A stretch of 32,000 nt of DNA, from assembly GCA_030606485.1 (NCBI GenBank), contig JAUWGH010000001.1, forward strand, positions 840,001 through 872,000, in the 5' to 3' direction. The notes under the pieces are model-generated. The model ran no database searches. It saw only the letters and a program-made list of their open reading frames with translations, and was not told where the DNA came from. Position numbers and translations under genes: made by a program. Positions 10,496-18,282 of the stretch are shown one piece after another (the first letter of the stretch is position 1; the number at the start of each line of letters is the position of its first letter). This DNA is from Promethearchaeota archaeon. Its GTDB lineage: Archaea > Asgardarchaeota > Lokiarchaeia > Sigyniarchaeales > SOKP01.

Positions 10496-11683
10496 ATGGT
10501 AGATATTAGCCATATTAAAAATATTGTTGTGATTGGAGCTGGTATTATGGGTCTCGGTATCACTCAATCTGCATTATGGGGTGGTTTTGAGAAGGTTGTC
10601 TTGAATGATATCAAAAAGGAATTCATTGATAATGGAGTTAAAAAGATTGAAGAGGGGTTGAAAAAATCCGAATCTAAAGGAAAATTAGGGGAAGGGATTA
10701 TTACTGATGCACTTATGCCAAATCTGATTAAAGAAGTGGATCTCGTAAAAGCTATTGCAGACGCTGATTTTATATTTGAAGTAGTTACTGAGGATTTGAA
10801 AATTAAACAACAATTATATAAAAAATTAGGTGAAAATTCTCCTGAACATACTATTTTCGCATCAAATACCTCAACTATAAGAATTACAGAATTGGGAGAA
10901 GCTTCAAATCACCCTGAACAAGTAATAGGGATGCACTTTTTCCTACCTCCATATCGTCAAAGAGGGATAGAAATAATGAAAGGTGAAAAAACTTCTGATG
11001 AAACTATGGAAATTGGTGTGGCTGTTGGCCAAAAATTACCATGTCTTGATGGGAAAAGAGTGATTGCTCAACTTGAAAAAGAAAGTCCAGGATTTATTGT
11101 AAATAGGCTACTTTTATCCGCCCAAATTTATTTTAATTGGATTCTTGATCAAGCAGAAGAAAATAAGATTTCATGGGAACAAATTGATGCAGATGCAGGT
11201 GATTTAATATTAATTGGTCCATGTGAATTATCTGATTATCTAGGATTAGACACTTCTTATAATAGTATGAAATCATTTGAAACAATACTTTCTCCAGATT
11301 TTGCTCCTGGAGAAGTCCTCACAAAATTGGTCTCAGAGGGACATTTTGGAAAAAAAACCGGGAAAGGCTTCTATGATTGGATTGAAGGAAAACCCAAAAT
11401 AGATAAATCAAAAAAGGCAGGATTTTTTAATCCAGAAGTGATGATGGCTATTCAATTAAATGAGGGGTGTAGGCTTTTAGAAGAGGGAGTTGTTAAGGGA
11501 TACAAGATTATTGATGATATTATGTTAAGTGGTACTAGCATGCCCGGTCCATTCAGCGCTGGTAAAAGAAATTATGAAAAATGGTCTCATATGTTAAATA
11601 AATTAGCGACCCAGATTGGAAAAGAATATCTTAGACCTTGTAAATTATTAAAGTCTGGAAATTTTATTAAAATGAGAAAATGA
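10496..11683 (+). CDS. 3-hydroxyacyl-CoA dehydrogenase family protein, paralog 3
   Basis: GAGIMG, FEVVTE, ASNTST, GMHFFLPP and PGFIVNR. Colinear with paralogs 1 and 2. Confidence 0.92.
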   Translation: MVDISHIKNIVVIGAGIMGLGITQSALWGGFEKVVLNDIKKEFIDNGVKKIEEGLKKSESKGKLGEGIITDALMPNLIKEVDLVKAIADADFIFEVVTEDLKIKQQLYKKLGENSPEHTIFASNTSTIRITELGEASNHPEQVIGMHFFLPPYRQRGIEIMKGEKTSDETMEIGVAVGQKLPCLDGKRVIAQLEKESPGFIVNRLLLSAQIYFNWILDQAEENKISWEQIDADAGDLILIGPCELSDYLGLDTSYNSMKSFETILSPDFAPGEVLTKLVSEGHFGKKTGKGFYDWIEGKPKIDKSKKAGFFNPEVMMAIQLNEGCRLLEEGVVKGYKIIDDIMLSGTSMPGPFSAGKRNYEKWSHMLNKLATQIGKEYLRPCKLLKSGNFIKMRK

Positions 11684-11940
11684 GTAGTTAGAGAACTTAT
11701 TTTATTCAGAGAGAATTTATCGATATTATTAGTTATTCTATTGCTGCAGTAGCTCCTTTTTGCAAGATACCTCTGATTTTTTCAGCATCTTTAAGAAAAA
11801 TTTTAAATTTAAATTTATTTACTAAGGTTTTTTCTAACAAATAAATTTGGAGATTTAGGACCAAATTAAAAAATAATACCAATTAGAAAGTTTTTTAAAA
11901 ACGCTAATAAAGGAAAAAATAAAAAAAATTGTTAAATATT

Positions 11941-12885
11941 CTACATCTTAATTAATTGTCCAATTGCATCCATTAAAGTCTCTTTTTTAGGAGCCCCTTT
12001 CAGTAATTCCGTTTTGATTCTTTCTGCTAATTCTTGAGGAGTAAATTTCTTTCCATTATTGCTGATGCTATTGTAAGTGTGCCATCCTTGAAAGACCCAC
12101 ACTCGATCTGCGACCACTCGAAATACTTCACCGGTTATTCTTTTAGCAGCGTCAGAAGCTAGAAAAACAACCATTGGAGCAATATTTTCTGGATTAAACA
12201 CATCAAAGCCGCTTTCATCCAATTTACTCATAATTTCAATCATTTTAGGTGTTGCATCAGTTGTAAGTCTTGTTCTCGCTACCGGAACTACGCAATTCAC
12301 TGTTGCATATTTCTTTAACTCCATTGCTGAAATAACCGTAAATGCTGCAATTCCTGCTTTTGCTGCTCCATAATTCGTTTGTCCCATGTTTCCTAGCAGT
12401 CCAGCATCAGAAGCGGTGTTGATAACCCTTCCAAAGTTTTTTAATGATGGATCCGCTTTACCTTGTTGTCTAAAGTAGTTAGCAACATGGCGAGTCATAT
12501 TAAATGTACCTTTCAAATGAACAGCTATTACATCATCAAATTCTGCTTCACTCATGTTAAAAAGCATACGATCACGGAGGATTCCAGCGTTATTTACCAC
12601 AATATCTAATTTTCCAAATTCGGATACAGCTTGGTCAATCATTCCCTTGGCTTTATCAAAATCTGTTACGGAATCGTAATTACCTACAGCCTTTACCCCC
12701 AACTTTTTGCATTCTTCAGCTACCTCGTCTGCAACTTTCTTTTCAGAACCAGATCCATCAAATGCTGCCCCCAAGTCATTTATTAATAAATTACATCCTT
12801 CTTTTGCCATAAGTAATGCTTCTTCACGACCTAAACCTCTTCCAGCACCAGTTATTATTGCGACCTTTCCATCCAACAATCCCAT
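11941..12885 (-). CDS. SDR oxidoreductase resembling the (3R)-hydroxyacyl-CoA dehydrogenase domain of MFE-2/HSD17B4
   Basis: TGAGRGLG, LLINDLG, VNNAGILRDRM, HLKGTF and NTASDAGLLGNMGQTNYGAAKAG (YxxxK). Confidence 0.88.
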   Translation of the reverse strand: MGLLDGKVAIITGAGRGLGREEALLMAKEGCNLLINDLGAAFDGSGSEKKVADEVAEECKKLGVKAVGNYDSVTDFDKAKGMIDQAVSEFGKLDIVVNNAGILRDRMLFNMSEAEFDDVIAVHLKGTFNMTRHVANYFRQQGKADPSLKNFGRVINTASDAGLLGNMGQTNYGAAKAGIAAFTVISAMELKKYATVNCVVPVARTRLTTDATPKMIEIMSKLDESGFDVFNPENIAPMVVFLASDAAKRITGEVFRVVADRVWVFQGWHTYNSISNNGKKFTPQELAERIKTELLKGAPKKETLMDAIGQLIKM

Positions 12886-13020
12886 ATTTCTATATCCCTC
12901 TTATTATATATTTTAAAACTCTTTTTTGTTATATTTAAAAAATTTGATGGAAATTATTTATTTCTTATCAAACGGTTTAATATTTTTTAAAAAATCGAAT
13001 AAAATGAAAAAATTGAAAGC

Positions 13021-13746
13021 TTATAAAATCTCCTTATTTACTTTTTTAATTCCAAAAATCAATTCTTTATTTCTATCTAAATAATTATGACCAAAACCTT
13101 TAATCTTACTAAGTGGTCCCTCAATTCCCTTTGGATTTCCGGTTTTGGTGTATATCACAAAAGAATGTTTAATTGCTTTTAGAACATTATATGGAGTTTT
13201 AAAATTATAAATCAATTGGATTGCTTTTTTTGGACCAGTATCATAAAGTCCTTCGAGGATAAAAGACATTCTTTCTTCAATAGATAAACCTTTGGGCGCT
13301 TTTCGAGAAATTATAGGTCCTTTATCTTTTATTTGTTCCCTTATTGCAATTCTTTCAATCACGATTGCAGTATCATTAATATTTCTGGTAGGGATCACAC
13401 TGATTCCTAGCTTATATGAAACATATGCTAATGCACCATAAATTGAGCTTATTTTCATTCCAGTATTATCAAAAACCTCGTCATTTAGGCCTTCAATTAT
13501 AAGAATTGGTGTGGAATATGTATCTTTTAACCTTAAAAGTTGCTCAAACAAGCGATTATCCATAATTGATACCACAAAATCAAAACCAGTCTTACGTTCT
13601 ATGGCAATTTCATTAGTGATAATAATATCTGCAACATCTAATTGCTTAGTTTGAAGTAATATTTTATCCTTCTTTTTAGAAAAGATATCTATCAATTTCC
13701 TTTCGCGATTATCCAAAATAATTTGGAGGAGATTATTTAAAGCCAC
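13021..13746 (-). CDS. Short-form XPF/ERCC4 structure-specific endonuclease (nuclease + HhH2, no helicase domain)
   Basis: ILDNRE, LDVADIII, IAIERKTGFDF..SIMDNRLFEQ, LIIEG and HhH-like LYDTGPKKA and KIKGFG. GTG start with GGTGT-N6 SD. Confidence 0.88.
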   Translation of the reverse strand: MALNNLLQIILDNRERKLIDIFSKKKDKILLQTKQLDVADIIITNEIAIERKTGFDFVVSIMDNRLFEQLLRLKDTYSTPILIIEGLNDEVFDNTGMKISSIYGALAYVSYKLGISVIPTRNINDTAIVIERIAIREQIKDKGPIISRKAPKGLSIEERMSFILEGLYDTGPKKAIQLIYNFKTPYNVLKAIKHSFVIYTKTGNPKGIEGPLSKIKGFGHNYLDRNKELIFGIKKVNKEIL

Positions 13747-13815
13747 TTTAATACACCTTTAAAAAATAAATGATTTTAGATTTAAATATGCAATGACTGA
13801 CAAAATTTTTTTATT

Positions 13816-14634
13816 CTATTCAATGGAACCTTTAAATTCAACTCGTTCACCTGTATCAACTATTCTTCTAACTCTTTGCACATTTACTTTACGCATTTCT
13901 GTATTATTTTTAAATTTTCGAGCAGGTTGGCCAATATAAGTCCAATCTTTTTCTAACCTTTGTCCTACATTAGTCATTGCCCAAACACCAAGAACAGAAC
14001 CCTTTTCCATAACAGTTCCGGGAGAGACAACAGCATAACCTCCAATAATGCAATGATCTCCAATTATAACCTTTTTAAGAAGCATATAATCTCCAATAAC
14101 AATACTAGAAAGAATTATAGCACCCTGTCCAACCATAATATTTTTTCCAAATTCTACAAACTCATAATCTACCCATCCATCAAATAAAGTAGATTTAAAA
14201 TCAGCTTTCATTCCACAAATTTTAAACGCGAGGTTTGTGACCCATGGAACTGGAAAAGAATTCCATACATAAAAAATAAATTTTTTAATAGTTGCACGAA
14301 AACAATAGTAAGAATAATCTTTATCTTTAAGATTAATTTTAAAGATTCCTTCTCTTGGTTTATGGATTAAATTTAAAATAATTAATAGACATTTACCTAC
14401 TCCTAAAGTTATAAGTAAAAAGCAAAAATACCAAGCCAAAATATCGATTGGCAACCTAATAATCATAAGATTTAGAATTGTATTTTTCAACACATTATTA
14501 TAAAATGTAAAAGCAAGATATATTGTTGGGAAAAAGGATACAAAAATCAAAAAAATATAAATAAGACTAAATCTTTTAGCGATAGGAGGGCTAGTTATAA
14601 TAGGAATCTCATTAAAAACATTTTTATTCTTCAA
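13816..14634 (-). CDS. Membrane protein with one TM-hairpin + left-handed beta-helix (hexapeptide acyltransferase-like) module
   Basis: Two TM segments, HKPREG, then hexapeptide turns (FGKNIMVGQGAII, IIGDHCIIGGYAVVSPGTVM) and YIGQPA. TTG start with GGAGG, overlapping the upstream stop by 11 nt. Confidence 0.85.
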   Translation of the reverse strand: MKNKNVFNEIPIITSPPIAKRFSLIYIFLIFVSFFPTIYLAFTFYNNVLKNTILNLMIIRLPIDILAWYFCFLLITLGVGKCLLIILNLIHKPREGIFKINLKDKDYSYYCFRATIKKFIFYVWNSFPVPWVTNLAFKICGMKADFKSTLFDGWVDYEFVEFGKNIMVGQGAIILSSIVIGDYMLLKKVIIGDHCIIGGYAVVSPGTVMEKGSVLGVWAMTNVGQRLEKDWTYIGQPARKFKNNTEMRKVNVQRVRRIVDTGERVEFKGSIE

Positions 14635-16231
14635 GCTCTAAACCTCCTAAATATTTTTTTAAATCTTCTTTGGTAATTCTTTTTAATGGAAAACCAGCAT
14701 AATAACCATTATTACCTAATTTATCTAATTTTACAGTAGCACTCATCGGTAATAACGTAGAATTTTCACCAATCTCTGTTCCGGGAAAACCTCCACAATA
14801 GGCAGATAATACAGAATTATTACCAATTTTCACTCCGAAAAATGTTATATTTTCCTCTCCGAAAAAACCATCAACAAGATGATTGGTTAGATAACAAAAT
14901 TGACCAAAATAACAATTTTCCCCAGTATTTAAAAATTCCTTAGTAATAAATTGGTCTTCGAAAGTTGTTCTTTTTCCTATTTTATCAGCACCTATAAAAT
15001 TTAATGCCCAATTAGTTAGCCAGGGAAATGGACTTTTTGTAAATGCTAATATTGGATATTTTAATAGGAAGGAACGGTGATGATAGAAATTTAATTCTCT
15101 TGACTCAAAATTCCTATCTAATACTCCTTGTCTTGAGGGAGAAAGTTTCTCACTCCACTTATACAACAATTTTGTGAATAATGCCACAAAAAATAGATGC
15201 AATAGATACAAGCCCATAAGGACAAGTGGCGTAATTAATAAAAAAAATTGTGTAAATAAATTTGTAAAATTAACCCACCCAAAAGGTGTGCTAAAAATAG
15301 AAGGTATTAAAATTTCAAATAGAAAGAGAAAAAATAGAATTGCAGGAATTAAAAATGACACGCCAACATTTAAAATAATTATCGGAATGTAAATATGGAA
15401 TTGCACTCTAATATGGTGTTTATCATCTTTCTTTAAATTATTAGTTTGTTGCTGAATATCTGATTTATCATAAATTAAAGTTTCTGTGTGAACATTTTGG
15501 TATATATCTTTACTATCGCTTTTTTCAAATAATATTGCTTTAAGATTATCAATTTTTTCATTAATATTATAATCCCCAATTTTTATTGCTGGAGTTCCTT
15601 TATAAATACAGCCAGAATCTAAGATTTGATTTATATGGGTTGAAGATACGGCATTTAAAATAGCACCCTTTCTAAATTTTGTTCCGGGCGCAACTAAAGA
15701 ATGAGCACCAATTATTGAATCATCTTCAATGATTGTTTTTTGAATAATCAAATAATTATCAATGATAATTGCCCCCATTACGACACTTCCTACACCGACA
15801 ATCACATTTTTTCCAAATTCAATGAATTCACAATCGATCCATCCTTCAAACATGTAATTATGAAAATTTGTTTTCACACCAAACACTTTAAAAAGAAGAT
15901 TATCCAAATACGGCATAGGAAAGTTGTGAGTTATCCATACAGGCCATTTTTTAATAAGCCCTCTTAGACTCCAATAGATATAATCTTTATTATCTTTATT
16001 TCTCTTAAATATTCCTTCTTTTGGTTTATGAATTAAATTAACAATTATTAGAAATATTTTTGCAATAATTATTGATGAGAAAATCATAATTAAATAACAG
16101 AATAAGAGTTCAAATGGAAAGAGAAGATAAAATACTATAGTTACGGGATTTGCAAAATTAGTCAAAAAAATCCAAAAACTGACTAAAGCCGGATAAAAGC
16201 TTAGAGTTATAATACTTAAATAAATTAACAT
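14624..16231 (-). CDS. Membrane protein with two tandem TM-hairpin + left-handed beta-helix modules
   Basis: Module 1: TM pair, HKPKEG, FGKNVIVGVGSVV, YKGTPA. Module 2: TM pair, PSRQG, IGADKIGK, CYLTNH, IGNNSVL, YYAGFP. The true start is probably upstream, since the frame is open to 16300. Confidence 0.85.
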   Translation of the reverse strand: MLIYLSIITLSFYPALVSFWIFLTNFANPVTIVFYLLFPFELLFCYLIMIFSSIIIAKIFLIIVNLIHKPKEGIFKRNKDNKDYIYWSLRGLIKKWPVWITHNFPMPYLDNLLFKVFGVKTNFHNYMFEGWIDCEFIEFGKNVIVGVGSVVMGAIIIDNYLIIQKTIIEDDSIIGAHSLVAPGTKFRKGAILNAVSSTHINQILDSGCIYKGTPAIKIGDYNINEKIDNLKAILFEKSDSKDIYQNVHTETLIYDKSDIQQQTNNLKKDDKHHIRVQFHIYIPIIILNVGVSFLIPAILFFLFLFEILIPSIFSTPFGWVNFTNLFTQFFLLITPLVLMGLYLLHLFFVALFTKLLYKWSEKLSPSRQGVLDRNFESRELNFYHHRSFLLKYPILAFTKSPFPWLTNWALNFIGADKIGKRTTFEDQFITKEFLNTGENCYFGQFCYLTNHLVDGFFGEENITFFGVKIGNNSVLSAYCGGFPGTEIGENSTLLPMSATVKLDKLGNNGYYAGFPLKRITKEDLKKYLGGLELEE

Positions 16232-16431
16232 AAATCTTTTCTTATATGGTAAAGTATTTGTAGTGAATGGTCCAACTCTTAGTGAAGCCGGGATTGAGAT
16301 TTATTTTTCACTTCTTCTTTTTTACTAAATCATTGGAAAAAATATATAATCATTATAATAAGTTTAAAATTTATTAATCTTCCTTAAATTGATAATTAAA
16401 TTGAAAATTACATAAAAATAGTTAGAAATTA

Positions 16432-17976
16432 TCAAAGATCTATGCAATTAAAACATAAATCCATAGAATGAACGATTAAAGGAAAATCCTTTATATCACA
16501 ATTAGGTAAAATAAAATTTTTTAAAGCAAAAAAATTATTCATAGAGGGTGTTTGTATAGATACACTTCCTAAATTATCTTTTCCCGGACGATCTGAAGTC
16601 TTTAAGATATAGACCAATTCTCCCTGAGGGGCTTCTACAACAGAAATTCCAATTTCATCAGCAATCAATTTGACATTTGCTAAATCAATAGCCTCTATTT
16701 TTGCAGTATCATTCTTAAGATAATCTATAGCTCCTTTAATAATAGAAACAGAATTTTTTAATTCCCATAATCTAACCTGAATGCGAGAATAAGCATCTCC
16801 TCCATTAAATGTTACAACTTCCCATTTATCAACAATATCTTCATCTAGATATGAATTATATGGAGAAAAATAGCGAATATCGTAGATGTGGCCTGAAGCT
16901 CGAATATTTGGGCCAGTTATTCCTGATTCTAGAACACTTTCTTCTAATAATGTACTTAAACCCTTAAATCGATTTTTAAGATTAGAATTATAGATGCGAT
17001 TATATAAAATTTTAAATGACGATGAGTAAATTTCATCGACGGCTTCTTGTAAATCATTTAATGAATACCAGAGTATATCTTTCACATAACCTATATAATT
17101 TAATTCTTCAAAATATCTTGTGCCTAATTCTTTTTCTAAAAAATTAAGAAAATACAGAACTTTATTAAGAAGATTATAATATTCCTTAAAATGATAGGTT
17201 AAATACATTAGATTTGCAAACCAAAGTATGTGATTTGTTATTCTCTCCAATTCACAATAAATGGTTCGGATCATTTTAACCCGATTTGATACCGAAACAT
17301 TAATAATCGATTCCATTGCTAAAGAATAAGCTAAACTGTGATGGAATGAACTAGTTGAGCATATTTTTTCTACAAGTTTGAGATTTTCCTTATCCCAATT
17401 CTTATATTTCATCAATGGGATAATTCCTCTATACAGCCAACCTGTTTTAAAATTTACAGACTTTATAATATTTTTGTCTAAATTAAAGTGAAAATAGTTA
17501 TCTGTAAGGTGAATTCTATTAAAAACACCTTGAGAAAGAATATTTTTTGCAGAATGTGCTGGGAATAATTTAACTGGAAAATTATACAAGCTCTCTTCAA
17601 GTTCTTCCTTAAAATATAAAAATTTAATCCCATATCTTTTAGATATTTCATCTTCATAATTTTCTACTTGAGGATAAGCGACCCTCACGGAATCAATTTC
17701 GTTGGAATCTTTATCCACTTCAGTAATTACAAATAAATATTGATTATCTGGAATATATTCGCCAAAATATTCATAAATTACTTCATATTTATTTTCAAAA
17801 TCATTAATTAATATATTTTTTAAATTAACCGATTTTTCACCGAAAAAAAAAGCAATATCTCTAACACGGGCTTTATTAATATAAAAAACATTTTCAAAAT
17901 TTCGAGTAGGTGCGCCTTTTAACTCATTCCCAAGGTAATTTTTAAATTCTAATAATAATTTAGAGTAAATTTGCAT
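16432..17976 (-). CDS. Group-4 [NiFe]-hydrogenase large-subunit homolog (HycE/HyfG-like fused C+D domains) with degenerate active site
   Basis: N-terminal NuoC/EchD-like IDSV..AYP..ENYEDEI..YGIKF; core ELERITNH, GITGPNIRASG..DIR..PY..Y and GDAYSR..VR; C-terminal DFPLIVHSMDLCFNCIDL. L1 motif reads KICSTS and APRG reads APQG. Confidence 0.85.
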   Translation of the reverse strand: MQIYSKLLLEFKNYLGNELKGAPTRNFENVFYINKARVRDIAFFFGEKSVNLKNILINDFENKYEVIYEYFGEYIPDNQYLFVITEVDKDSNEIDSVRVAYPQVENYEDEISKRYGIKFLYFKEELEESLYNFPVKLFPAHSAKNILSQGVFNRIHLTDNYFHFNLDKNIIKSVNFKTGWLYRGIIPLMKYKNWDKENLKLVEKICSTSSFHHSLAYSLAMESIINVSVSNRVKMIRTIYCELERITNHILWFANLMYLTYHFKEYYNLLNKVLYFLNFLEKELGTRYFEELNYIGYVKDILWYSLNDLQEAVDEIYSSSFKILYNRIYNSNLKNRFKGLSTLLEESVLESGITGPNIRASGHIYDIRYFSPYNSYLDEDIVDKWEVVTFNGGDAYSRIQVRLWELKNSVSIIKGAIDYLKNDTAKIEAIDLANVKLIADEIGISVVEAPQGELVYILKTSDRPGKDNLGSVSIQTPSMNNFFALKNFILPNCDIKDFPLIVHSMDLCFNCIDL

Positions 17977-18129
17977 TGTTTTCTAATATCTATTTATTTT
18001 TCCATATTTAAATAGTTTTAAATGGTTTTTATTTTCTAAGAAAATACTAGTATTTTTGTAATTTTGAAATACTAATCCCTCTTAATAAAGTAGGAAAAAA
18101 AGTAAAAAAAAATTGAATTTTATATTTTT

Positions 18130-18282
18130 TTAAAGATTCATCGGGCAACACTCGTGGTGATTTCGGTTATTTTTGAATTTTCTCGTTAAAATTATAGCAA
18201 TTGCAGAAGCTGAGATTAAAAGAATTAAAAGATCATAATCATTAATAATAGGACTGGGGCATTGATTTAGATCAATATAAAG
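18130..18282 (-). pseudogene. Start-less open frame encoding a Loki-CTERM-like membrane anchor (probable gene remnant)
   Basis: Hand translation: LYIDLNQCPSPIINDYDLLILLISASAIAIILTRKFKNNRNHHECCPMNL*. It has no ATG/GTG/TTG near its 5' end and overlaps the subtilase stop. Confidence 0.35.

Noticed and set aside
7936-11683. Recurrent DNA similarity as a mobile-element or CRISPR-like repeat
   Set aside because: The similarity is explained by three paralogous coding sequences; there are no spacers, terminal repeats or transposase.
11681-11752. Stop-codon read-through of HAD3 (TGA followed by a short hydrophobic frame)
   Set aside because: Both paralogs end at the same KMRK with TAA, so the TGA is an ordinary stop.
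16432-17976. Annotation as complex I NuoCD or as an active hydrogenase
   Set aside because: The C-terminal CxxC excludes NuoD, the loss of one L1 Cys and the APRG Arg argues against H2 catalysis, and no partner subunits are nearby.
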